A DNA stretch of 64,000 bases, taken from Minisyncoccota bacterium (GTDB lineage: Bacteria > Patescibacteriota > Minisyncoccia > Phycocordibacterales > JAACPR01). The notes under the pieces are model-generated. The model did no database searches and was not told the origin of the DNA. It saw only the letters and a program-made list of their open reading frames with translations. Made by a program: the position numbers and the translations under genes. Positions 55,137-64,000 of the stretch are shown here, piece after piece. The stretch lies in contig JBAYWG010000003.1 of NCBI GenBank assembly GCA_041674225.1, positions 2,582 to 66,581 on the forward strand. Direction: 5' to 3'. Each line of letters starts with the position of its first letter. Position 1 is the stretch's first letter.

Positions 55137-56897
55137 TTATTTTACCAAATATAATGACAATCCCTCAGAACTTGTTCCCAATATTTCAAAGTTCTCACAT
55201 TTAGATTTTGGTATGTATAAATACTTAATTTTTAATTTATCGATAATTTTATTTTTTCCTGCGCAATCCAATCTCAAAAATTGATCATAGTTTACAAGAT
55301 TCATTGTGAGAGTCGAAGGCTTTGATACTACAGGTAAATTTTTTGTTGCGACAGCTAAAACCAAACCTTTCCATGGTGGCGCTAAAAATTTCTCATTTGT
55401 TATGTTTGAAAATAATTTTATGTCGTCTTCAATTAAGTAATGATTCGCAGGTGGCGCTGGTTCATAGTTTAAAGTTTTGAAATTTTTCCAAGGCTCTCTT
55501 TGAGTAAATGAAAAACTTAAAGAAAAAAATATGATTGCCAACAAAATCAATGAGTAATTTTTTAAAGTTTTTGATGCCAAACTCGGGAATTTCTTTTCTA
55601 AGATAATTTTCAAATCTTCCAAAGCAAAAGCAGAAATAATCAACATTAGAATTGCAGTCATTGCAACAGTTCTGTGATAATCCATTAAAAATGTCTGGAG
55701 ATTAATAGAGTAAAGAAACCACATTATCAAACCAATAAATACTGGTACTGAGATATATTTAATTTTTCTTCTAATTTTCCAAAGCCCCCAGAAAGCAAAG
55801 GGTGTAATAAACCAAGGTAGAACTTGCCAAATAATAAACAATGGCGGAGCGCCCAAAAAACTGTTCAAAGGTCTGAAAATATAATTGTAAACAGTTAAAG
55901 CAACTTTTGAGAAAGAATATTCGTTGCTAAAAGAAATAAATGTTATTGCAGAAATAAGTCCAACTAAAATTATTCCTATATAAACACTCAAAAAACGAAT
56001 TCTCTTTTTAATACCCTCTAATTCAAAAGATGCAAAAATAAAACTAGGTAAAGCAAGTAATACTAAAGGAGGATAGAAAATCATCGTCGCAAAATTCAAA
56101 GCAAAAGCAGTTTTAAGATAATGTTTTTGCATTGCGATAAAATACCCAATGAAAAATATAAATCCAATATTCCATGGTAGTAGATACCAAAGAAGTGGAA
56201 GGTTCGAGGCGTTTGGTAAATATGAAATGAAAAATATTGATAACGCAGAAACTAAAACCGATATTCCAAAAGATCGAAGTAATACATATATAAAAGTTAT
56301 TAAAATAAGAGCAAATGTAATCGAAATAATCGAATAATCGTTCAATAAATCCAAATCAAACAACAAGTCTATTTCTGCTATTAAAGAATGGAAAACAAAT
56401 AGAAAATTTTGGAAAGTCTTTTCGTTTAAAAAGTTAGTAAATGGCAAGCTCTTTGTCTCAATCACTTTTTCAGACATTCCAACAGCAATCCATTCATCTG
56501 AAAAATATGGTTGATTTGGATTAAAATTTTCCACATTTACCACAGAGGTGTATGTATTTATTTTTCCAGTATAACCAGAATGAACTAAATAAAATTGAAA
56601 TCCAATTATTAAAATAGTCACAATAAACACCCAAGGTATTTTTTTGAAACAATTTTCAGGAGATTTTTCTTTGAAAAAATTTAAAATGATCTTTGAGTTA
56701 TAAACCAAACTCAAGATGGCAATCAAAGAGTGCACCGTCAGTAGAAATTTGAAACTAAATATTCCAAAAAACTGAGAGAACAATGCAATAGTTGTATGTG
56801 CCACAATCATTGCCGAGATTGTTGAAACTGCGCCAAATCTATAGTCTTTAAAACGCGAAATCCAAACCAATGGCACTAAAATTAATAAAATAAGCAT
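55137..56897 (-). CDS. polytopic membrane protein, GT-C-like
   Basis: Many TMs, acidic SDEW in the first large loop, soluble C-domain; lies in the glycan cluster. Confidence 0.55.
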   Translation of the reverse strand: MLILLILVPLVWISRFKDYRFGAVSTISAMIVAHTTIALFSQFFGIFSFKFLLTVHSLIAILSLVYNSKIILNFFKEKSPENCFKKIPWVFIVTILIIGFQFYLVHSGYTGKINTYTSVVNVENFNPNQPYFSDEWIAVGMSEKVIETKSLPFTNFLNEKTFQNFLFVFHSLIAEIDLLFDLDLLNDYSIISITFALILITFIYVLLRSFGISVLVSALSIFFISYLPNASNLPLLWYLLPWNIGFIFFIGYFIAMQKHYLKTAFALNFATMIFYPPLVLLALPSFIFASFELEGIKKRIRFLSVYIGIILVGLISAITFISFSNEYSFSKVALTVYNYIFRPLNSFLGAPPLFIIWQVLPWFITPFAFWGLWKIRRKIKYISVPVFIGLIMWFLYSINLQTFLMDYHRTVAMTAILMLIISAFALEDLKIILEKKFPSLASKTLKNYSLILLAIIFFSLSFSFTQREPWKNFKTLNYEPAPPANHYLIEDDIKLFSNITNEKFLAPPWKGLVLAVATKNLPVVSKPSTLTMNLVNYDQFLRLDCAGKNKIIDKLKIKYLYIPKSKCENFEILGTSSEGLSLYLVK

Positions 56898-56923
56898 ATT
56901 TATGTATACTTATAATACTTCCA

Positions 56924-58078
56924 ATGGAAAACAAAAACCAGCCAAAACTGAGTATAATTCTCCCCTGTCACAATGAAGAGCAATCGATTCAGAAGTGTAT
57001 TTCTGATATTCAAAATGAATTGAATGGAAAACTTAACTTTGAAATAGTTGTTGTAAATAATAACTCCGATGATTTTTCTGGTGAGATTTTAAAAAAGATG
57101 AAGGAAACAAATCCAAATCTAAAAGTATTTTTTGAAAAGAAAATAGGATACGGAAGTGCGTGCAATCGAGGATTTAAAGAGGCCTTGGGAAAATATCTAC
57201 TATTAATGGATATAGATCAAACTTATCCAGTAGAAAAAATTATGGATTTTGTTTCTGAATTAGATAAAAGTAGTGAATTTGTCATTGGAAATAGATTTAC
57301 TGGCGAGATTAAAAAAGGCGCAATGCCAGCATTACATCAATTCATTGGTAATCCCCTTTTATCTTTTATATTAAGACTGTTTTTCAAAACAAAAGTTAGA
57401 GATTCTCATTGCGGAATGCGCGCTATTAGAAAAAAATGTTATGAAAAATTAAATCTACGAACCACAGGAATGGAGTTCGCCAGCGAAATGGTTATAAAAG
57501 TTTTGAGAGAAAAATTGAGAATATCGGAAATTGCCATTAGCTATCACCCACGAATTGGTGAGTCAAAACTAAAATCTTTCAGAGATGGATGGAGACACTT
57601 ACGTTTTATGCTTCTTTATTCTCCAAACTATTTATTTTTTGTTCCTGGAATTATTTGTTTTAGCGTAGGAATAATTTCCATGATTGTTTTGTATTTTACA
57701 AACTTAAAAGTAGTTGGACTAACGCTCATCGATCACCCAATTTTTGTTTTCTCTTTACTGGTAATAATCGGCTATCAATTGATAATATTTGCCGGTTTTG
57801 CAAAAGCTTACGCAATTAATCACCTTGAAGAAAAAAATGAATTATTGGATAAAATTTTTAAATATATTTCAATTGAAAAAGCGAGCACTATTGGATTACT
57901 AGGAATAATTTTTGGTTTGATAATTTATTTCTTAATTCTCCGAAAATGGATTAATTCTGATTTTGGTGCTCTTAATGAAATAAAAAGTGCAGTAATCGGT
58001 TTCACTTTTATAGTAATCGGTGTTCAAACAATTTCATCTGCTTTTATGTTAAGTATTTTGAGTATTAAAGAGCGCTAA
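56924..58078 (+). CDS. family 2 glycosyltransferase (polyprenyl-phosphate glycosyltransferase type)
   Basis: SIILPCHNEE, MDIDQTY, DSHCGMRA, RIGESKLKSFRDGW, C-terminal TMs. Confidence 0.9.
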   Translation: MENKNQPKLSIILPCHNEEQSIQKCISDIQNELNGKLNFEIVVVNNNSDDFSGEILKKMKETNPNLKVFFEKKIGYGSACNRGFKEALGKYLLLMDIDQTYPVEKIMDFVSELDKSSEFVIGNRFTGEIKKGAMPALHQFIGNPLLSFILRLFFKTKVRDSHCGMRAIRKKCYEKLNLRTTGMEFASEMVIKVLREKLRISEIAISYHPRIGESKLKSFRDGWRHLRFMLLYSPNYLFFVPGIICFSVGIISMIVLYFTNLKVVGLTLIDHPIFVFSLLVIIGYQLIIFAGFAKAYAINHLEEKNELLDKIFKYISIEKASTIGLLGIIFGLIIYFLILRKWINSDFGALNEIKSAVIGFTFIVIGVQTISSAFMLSILSIKER

Positions 58079-58878
58079 CCTTTATAATAATTCTCATCCA
58101 AAGACCAACCAAATTCATCATTGACAGGAGCACACTTATCAATGAAATATTTCTTTTGTTCATCAGTCCAATTAGTTTCTTCTAAAGATCTTATTTTACT
58201 TTCATCACCTCCAGTGTGTTCAGGTCTACTATTCTTAAAAACATTAGCAATTTTCTTTATTTGATCAAAATTTAAATTTAAAAAAAGACCAACTTTTTCT
58301 GCCACTTCTTCTGGTTTAGTAGAAATATCGTATTGATCGACTATGATATATCTATCATTAGGAACATTTTTTTTAATATCAGAAATTTTATTCATTATTT
58401 CAGCCCAAAGTTCACAATGAACATTAAAAGATATCCCCTTAAATTTTTTAAGTCTTGAATTAATATTTTCAATAGAACGTCTCTTCATGATAATAAATTT
58501 TGCATCAGGTAAAAATTTATACAATAGTGGAATTGAATACAAAACTTCGATTGCCGGAGTTTTGTCAATCCAAACACCCTCATATTTAGAATATTTTTTA
58601 TATTCACTCAAAAACCATTCTATAAAAGATTCCTGAAAAGAATCTTTTGGAACATCCTTAAGCATTATGTTCACAAATTTCATTTGAGTTCCTCTATCTT
58701 TATATCTTTTATCAAAAACCTTCAGAAATAATCCCATCATATCTATAAAACAACCCTCAGTATAACCATCAAAACCAGCCCCCTTCTTCATCAAGGACTC
58801 ACTCATAACACTTGTACCTGATCTAACTGAGCCAGTTATTATTATTGGAGATATTTTTTTATCTTTTACAGATATCAT
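58075..58878 (-). CDS. sulfotransferase-family protein
   Basis: PIIITGSVRSGTS (5'-PSB), WIDKTP, AKFIIMKR...INS. Confidence 0.85.
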   Translation of the reverse strand: MISVKDKKISPIIITGSVRSGTSVMSESLMKKGAGFDGYTEGCFIDMMGLFLKVFDKRYKDRGTQMKFVNIMLKDVPKDSFQESFIEWFLSEYKKYSKYEGVWIDKTPAIEVLYSIPLLYKFLPDAKFIIMKRRSIENINSRLKKFKGISFNVHCELWAEIMNKISDIKKNVPNDRYIIVDQYDISTKPEEVAEKVGLFLNLNFDQIKKIANVFKNSRPEHTGGDESKIRSLEETNWTDEQKKYFIDKCAPVNDEFGWSLDENYYKG

Positions 58879-61259
58879 TAGGTTAATAAATTTTCTATCA
58901 AGTTTTTTATTTTCGGCAGGATTAAATCACTGTTATATTTTTTTTGATAATCAATCGCTTTTTCACCCATTTCCACTCTTTTGTGTTCATTTAAAATCAA
59001 ATCTTCTATTGATTTTTCAAATTTTTCAATATCAAAGTTATCAATAATAAATCCAGAATCATTTACTGCTTCGTAAATACCACCAGCATCTTTAAAAATT
59101 ACAGTTGGCTTTCCAAGTGACATCGCTTCCAGAACAACAAGTGGAAAAGGATCTTCACGAGACGGTAAAACAAAGATGTCAGCTGCTTTCATATAAGGAA
59201 AGGGATTAATTTTTTCCTGAATTAAAGTAAAGTAAGAAGAGTAGAGCCCAAAATCAGACATAAAAGGCTCTTTAAAAGGTTTGCTTCCAATCCAAACAAA
59301 TTTACACTTTAAACCCTTGTCTTTTAAATTTTTAGATATTTTCATAAAAATATCAGCTCCTTTTCTATAAATAAACATACCCAAACAAAAAATTAAAATT
59401 TCATCGTCATTTTTATTAATTTCCATTAAAACATTTTTTTGTGAAATCAATTCGCTTTTTTCTATTACTTTATCTTTATCAATAAAAGCAGTAATCAATC
59501 TTACTTTATCTATTGGACACTTTAATTTTTCAACTAAAACATTGTAAACGGGAGCAGATACTGCAATAAAAATATCTGCCATATTCATAAACTCATCTCT
59601 AATTTTACCTCTAAACATCATATTTATTGCAATATCAAGCTCATGAATATGAAAAATTACAGGTATTTTCATCTCTTTAGCTACAATTGCAAAAGGATGT
59701 GATCCAATTGAATTTGCATAAACAATTTTTGGTTTTATTTTTTCAATAATTTTTCTTGCTGAATCCATTTTTGATAAGTTTTGATAAAGCTCATCAGGGT
59801 AAATAATTGGGCCAAAAGCATTATTAAAATCTACACCCATTGAACCGCGAGCCAAAGAGACTACTGATATTTTATATTTATCCTTAACGCTTTCTGCAAC
59901 ATCAAAAACAATACGAGGGGCTCCTGTTCTGCTTTCATCATGATTGATGAATAATATATCAGTTTCTGGTTTAATATTTTCATATTGTTTCCAAAAAGAT
60001 TCATCATTGTTTTGTGAATTGTTTTGTGATTTTTTTAAAAGTTTTACAGCACGATGAGGTATAAAGTCATTCAGAATATTCTGAAAAAATTTTATTAAAT
60101 TTTCATATCCATTACGAACCATAGAACCTCTTGGGAAAAACAATGACAGCAAAAAATCCCAACTCTTAACCACTTTCCACACAGTACTTCTTTCAATATT
60201 AGTCAATTTAATATTCAAATCTAAAATATGAGCATCCCTATCCTTTAGCAATGAATCTAAATAATTTATATGCGTATATTGATTATGAGTTGCACCTTTT
60301 AAATCTGAGATCTCTAAATTAAGATCTTCATTAACTTTTTTTAGATTTAAAATTTCTAAATTAAGATCTTCAACAACACTATCTGAATCAATTTTAAAGT
60401 TTCTATTTTTCTGCTCCAATTCAGATATTATTTTATTTTTTTCTGCAATTAAATTATGGTTTTCTGTCAAAATAGCAAAATCTTGTTTTCTGATATCTTT
60501 AATCGTCCGATTTTCTGATTCTAAATCTTTTATTACATTTGATAATGTTAAAATAAAATCATCTCCAGAAACCTTATTATGTCTTAAGGTTGGTTCAATG
60601 AATCTACCTATCTCTTCTTCAAAATTTTCATACGAAGAAAATTTAGGATGATTAATAAAATTATAAATTTTATCTACTACATTTTTAGGATTTAAAAATA
60701 AATCATCATACGAAACATGAATATGATAAACACTCTCGCAATATGCTTTTATAATCCTATAATAATATTTATAAGCCATCACTGAATCAAAGAAAGACAA
60801 ACCATTTCTTTTATTCAAAGAATTTGCAACATCTTGAACACTTCGATTAGAAATAATCAAACGTAAATCTATTTCTAACTCTTTGAATAACTCGATATAC
60901 ACAGGTAACAAAATAGAAATTCTTGGATCTTTTAAACCAAAAAGTTCTGTTCCACTAAAATCATTTTTAATAATAATTTTTATTTTTTCTTTAAAATTTT
61001 TAACTTTTTCATCATAAAGCCAATCTGTTGGCAATTCGCCCAAAATTCCATCATCATCTAATCCGTAGGAATTTAAAAACTCTCTATTTAAAGTAGTGAT
61101 GTCCGAATGCTCAAAATACCCTTTTGGATTATCATTCGAAGGTAAAAGTAGTCGTTTACCTAAATCAACACCCAAAATATTCAAAATTCCAGCCAAAGTA
61201 GATGTGCCAGTTCTATGCATTCCAACAATTAATACACATGTTTGTTTATTACTATCCAT
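58878..61259 (-). CDS. sulfotransferase-like domain + coiled coil + family 4 glycosyltransferase
   Basis: IVGMHRTGTS, NPKGYFE, LKDPR; heptads; FVLPSREDPFPLVVLEAM. Confidence 0.85.
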   Translation of the reverse strand: MDSNKQTCVLIVGMHRTGTSTLAGILNILGVDLGKRLLLPSNDNPKGYFEHSDITTLNREFLNSYGLDDDGILGELPTDWLYDEKVKNFKEKIKIIIKNDFSGTELFGLKDPRISILLPVYIELFKELEIDLRLIISNRSVQDVANSLNKRNGLSFFDSVMAYKYYYRIIKAYCESVYHIHVSYDDLFLNPKNVVDKIYNFINHPKFSSYENFEEEIGRFIEPTLRHNKVSGDDFILTLSNVIKDLESENRTIKDIRKQDFAILTENHNLIAEKNKIISELEQKNRNFKIDSDSVVEDLNLEILNLKKVNEDLNLEISDLKGATHNQYTHINYLDSLLKDRDAHILDLNIKLTNIERSTVWKVVKSWDFLLSLFFPRGSMVRNGYENLIKFFQNILNDFIPHRAVKLLKKSQNNSQNNDESFWKQYENIKPETDILFINHDESRTGAPRIVFDVAESVKDKYKISVVSLARGSMGVDFNNAFGPIIYPDELYQNLSKMDSARKIIEKIKPKIVYANSIGSHPFAIVAKEMKIPVIFHIHELDIAINMMFRGKIRDEFMNMADIFIAVSAPVYNVLVEKLKCPIDKVRLITAFIDKDKVIEKSELISQKNVLMEINKNDDEILIFCLGMFIYRKGADIFMKISKNLKDKGLKCKFVWIGSKPFKEPFMSDFGLYSSYFTLIQEKINPFPYMKAADIFVLPSREDPFPLVVLEAMSLGKPTVIFKDAGGIYEAVNDSGFIIDNFDIEKFEKSIEDLILNEHKRVEMGEKAIDYQKKYNSDLILPKIKNLIENLLT
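60313..60372. repeat. 42-nt-period intragenic tandem duplication (two heptads)
   Basis: tctaaattaagatcttca at 60313 and 60355; EDLNLEI twice in the protein. Confidence 0.8.
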
Positions 61260-61301
61260 TATCTCAATATTACTAATTTTCCTGACTCCTGCAATTAAAA
61301 T

Positions 61302-62033
61302 CTATTGTATAAATTTTTGATATTCATCTATGATTTCTTTAGTATTCCCTATATTTTTTACCTGTCCATTATCCATCCATAATGTTTTCGAACAGTTATT
61401 CAAAATATATTTATAATTATGACTAGCTATTATTACAATTTTTGCAGAATCAATATATTCTTTAATCTTTTTTATGGTTTTTTCCTTGAAAGAATTATCG
61501 AGCCCTCCTCCAAGTGCTTCATCAATCAATAAAACATCAGGTGATTGTGGTAAAGTAAAAAGCGTTGTTGCAAAAGAAAATCTCGCCATCATTCCTGTGG
61601 AAAATTTATATAAAGGCACATCCACAAAATCTGAAAGTTCACTAAAATCAATAATGCTATGCATGCGATTAGAAATTTCTTTTTTATTTAAACCATTCAA
61701 CGTGCCAATAATATATATATTATCTTTCATTGAAAGATTTTTATTCATACCATGATAAAAACCGCTTAAATAAACGACACTCCCTTCAACATTAACTTGG
61801 CCTTCATTTGGTTTTAGAATTCCAGCAATAATCTTTAGCAAAGTTGATTTTCCAGAACCATTTTTTCCAATCAAACCAAATACCTCACCATCCTTTAATT
61901 CAAATGATATGTTTTTTAAAGCAATATAATTTTCTTTTTTATCTTTAGAAAATAAATTTTTTATAAAATAAAAAACACTAGACTTCCCATTCTCTAAATA
62001 ATAAAATTTTGAAATTGAATCTAATTTAATCAT
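61302..62033 (-). CDS. wzt: polysaccharide ABC exporter ATPase (Wzt/TagH-like)
   Basis: GKNGSGKST, FSTGMMAR, LLIDEAL, ASH. Confidence 0.88.
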   Translation of the reverse strand: MIKLDSISKFYYLENGKSSVFYFIKNLFSKDKKENYIALKNISFELKDGEVFGLIGKNGSGKSTLLKIIAGILKPNEGQVNVEGSVVYLSGFYHGMNKNLSMKDNIYIIGTLNGLNKKEISNRMHSIIDFSELSDFVDVPLYKFSTGMMARFSFATTLFTLPQSPDVLLIDEALGGGLDNSFKEKTIKKIKEYIDSAKIVIIASHNYKYILNNCSKTLWMDNGQVKNIGNTKEIIDEYQKFIQ

Positions 62034-62767
62034 TTTATTCTTTCTGAAATTATTTCTCTTTGACTTACAAAAACTAAACGTCCTATAACAAAAAATACCA
62101 AACTTATCACAAAACAAAGCAATACAATATCATAGGAAATATTTTTTAAATCAAAGGTAAAGGCTCTAGCCAATTCCAAGTAGTATGAAATTGGATTATA
62201 TTTAATTATAAAAATCATTTCATTCGCCACATAGTAAATAGGTAAAACGAACCAAAGAAGCTGACATAAATAACTCCAAATATACGTTAAATCAAAAACT
62301 TTTGTAGACACCACACACAAAAAATATCCTATTCCTAAAATAAAAATTGCATAAAATGGAACTATTAAAAAGTACATAAAACTATGTAAAAAGCCCAAAA
62401 AACTAAGTATTAAAACAACTATACAGGTCTCAAAAATATGATTCCATAGTGACATAAAAAATTTAGACAGAATGAAAATCTCGGGTTCAATTTTTCGAGA
62501 ATTAAGTAGTTCATAATTACTCGTAATCGCTTTCATCATCAGATTTGTACTAGAAATAAAAAAATGTACCATTATCACCCCAATAAAAAGATATGGAACA
62601 AAATCAACAATCTCGTGATCCACAACTTTGTGTTTTACGTAAAACAAAACAACAAACATTAACAAAGGTTGCAAAAAATACCACAAAAAACCCAAGTAGG
62701 TATTATGATTTTTCACTTTCAATTCATAGAAAGAAAGCACTAAACTTTTTTTCAAAATTTCTTTCAT
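62030..62767 (-). CDS. wzm: polysaccharide ABC exporter permease (Wzm/TagG-like)
   Basis: YLGFLWYFLQPL, PIYY, NPISYY; ATGA overlap with wzt. Confidence 0.88.
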   Translation of the reverse strand: MKEILKKSLVLSFYELKVKNHNTYLGFLWYFLQPLLMFVVLFYVKHKVVDHEIVDFVPYLFIGVIMVHFFISSTNLMMKAITSNYELLNSRKIEPEIFILSKFFMSLWNHIFETCIVVLILSFLGFLHSFMYFLIVPFYAIFILGIGYFLCVVSTKVFDLTYIWSYLCQLLWFVLPIYYVANEMIFIIKYNPISYYLELARAFTFDLKNISYDIVLLCFVISLVFFVIGRLVFVSQREIISERIK

Positions 62768-62768
62768 T

Positions 62769-63452
62769 TTATAAAGATTCTTGTAGATCTTTGATATTTT
62801 CTTCAGGACTTCCCTCGAAAACAAAAGATCCGGACACCAAACGATTTACACCAGCATCAACTAATTTTCGTGCTGTAGATAAATCCACACCACCATCAAC
62901 AGAAATTATTTTTTCTGGATATTTGTCTCGAAAACTTTTTATATTATCCAAAACTCCTTCTACAAATGGCTCATTTTGAAATCCAACTTTTTTAATTCCC
63001 ATAAATTGCACAAAATCTATTTTTTCTAAAATTGATTCAATTTCTGTGTAACTTTCAATTGGCAATAGAGCTATCCCAACTTCTATTCCAACTGATTTCA
63101 ATTCATCAATCAATGCTTCATAATTCCCTGCTGAAATTGTTTTCCAGTGCAAAATTATTCTACCAACTCCAGCCTTTGCCCATTTAATAGCTTCCACATA
63201 AGGCTCTGAGACCATCAAATCCAATTCGTAATCGATTTCTTTCCAATAAGGCAATCCTTCATCCTCATTTATAATTTCTGCAAAATGCTTCCAACGCACA
63301 CCGTAAGGCCAAGAATATGATCCTGTATATTTCCCATCCATCACATCAATTTGCACCCACTCTACTTTATTACGCACTAAATTTGCTTTAGAAGTTAGAT
63401 CTTCATAATCATTTGGCATTATCGCCGGAATAATTTTAACTGTGGTATCCAT
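62769..63452 (-). CDS. rpe: ribulose-phosphate 3-epimerase
   Basis: IIPAI, QIDVMDG, LMV, QFMG, SVDGGV, VSGS. Confidence 0.9.
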   Translation of the reverse strand: MDTTVKIIPAIMPNDYEDLTSKANLVRNKVEWVQIDVMDGKYTGSYSWPYGVRWKHFAEIINEDEGLPYWKEIDYELDLMVSEPYVEAIKWAKAGVGRIILHWKTISAGNYEALIDELKSVGIEVGIALLPIESYTEIESILEKIDFVQFMGIKKVGFQNEPFVEGVLDNIKSFRDKYPEKIISVDGGVDLSTARKLVDAGVNRLVSGSFVFEGSPEENIKDLQESL

Positions 63453-63942
63453 CGTCAATTTTTTCAATTCTTCTAACATGTCTTTCGTCTCCAGAAAATT
63501 CTGTATCTAAAAATAATTCAACAGCTTCAATAGCTTCTCGCACACTCAAAAATCTTGCACCAAGAGAAATTATATTTGCGTCATTATGATGTCGAGCAGT
63601 GATAATTTCTTCAGGAACTTCTCTTCCATCAGCTGGCATATATTGTCCATTAAAAACCACAGCTCTCACTCCTGGAAATCTATTTGCAACAATAGCTTCA
63701 CCTTGCCCAGAACCACCGATTATAATTCCTCGTTCTTGTGGGTCTGCGGCCACAGCATTAGCAGCAGGAGCTACAAAATCAGGAAAATCATCCTCTCCTT
63801 CAAATTCATAAGCGCCATGATCCACAACCTCATAACCCTCACTATCAAGCCATTCTTTTATAGCTTCTTTGTGTTCAAAACCCGCATGATCAGCAGCGAT
63901 GTGAATAATATTGTTATTTCTCATTGTATCTGGATTTGTCAT
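63436..63942 (-). CDS. rpiB: ribose-5-phosphate isomerase B
   Basis: AADHAG, DDFP, GGSGQGE, ANRFPGVRA, HNDAN, RHVRRIEK. Confidence 0.93.
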   Translation of the reverse strand: MTNPDTMRNNNIIHIAADHAGFEHKEAIKEWLDSEGYEVVDHGAYEFEGEDDFPDFVAPAANAVAADPQERGIIIGGSGQGEAIVANRFPGVRAVVFNGQYMPADGREVPEEIITARHHNDANIISLGARFLSVREAIEAVELFLDTEFSGDERHVRRIEKIDDGYHS

Positions 63943-64000
63943 ATCAATAAGCCTATGTTATCACAGCTCTAAAATCAATCATCTCTTTTTCCATAAACCA

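Noticed and set aside
1-64000. Full UGA reassignment (code 4 or 25)
   Set aside because: Long genes are open under code 11 with TGG for Trp, several genes end in TGA, and only one in-frame TGA was found.
1-64000. CRISPR array, rRNA, transposase, integrase, reverse transcriptase
   Set aside because: No regularly spaced repeats or diagnostic motifs seen by eye.

Overview
AT-rich chromosomal segment that looks like Patescibacteria (CPR, Parcubacteria-like). The assignment is inferred from a short archaeal-type AspRS, short EF-Ts, truncated PheS, a membrane-anchored Clp ATPase, a split transketolase/rpe/rpiB/fba/pfkB cluster, a type IV pilin, and promoters abutting start codons. Most of it is housekeeping (aspS, dnaX, serS, dprA, topA, parB, miaA, rpmG, gyrB, pheS/pheT, tsf, rpsB, prfA, rpmE, rplY, four tRNAs), interspersed with small accessory units. 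Points of most interest: (1) a complete NlpC/P60 cysteine-hydrolase domain inserted in domain B5 of PheT, next to a C39-like peptidase; (2) an in-frame TGA at a probable Trp site of an otherwise intact dus gene, together with a tRNA-Trp(CCA) carrying both a 4-bp anticodon stem and A24; (3) three ORF-less, hairpin-rich candidate ncRNA units with their own promoter, boxA-like motif and terminator, two of them tandem and sharing a motif; (4) two leader-peptide attenuators (pheA and an MFS transporter); (5) a surface-protein cargo between degenerate repeats of the tRNA-Gln 3' end; (6) CLec/DGR-target-like orphan genes; (7) a sulfotransferase/Wzm-Wzt glycan island splitting the pentose-phosphate cluster. 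No CRISPR array, rRNA, transposase, integrase or reverse transcriptase was seen. All calls come from reading the sequence; no searches were run.
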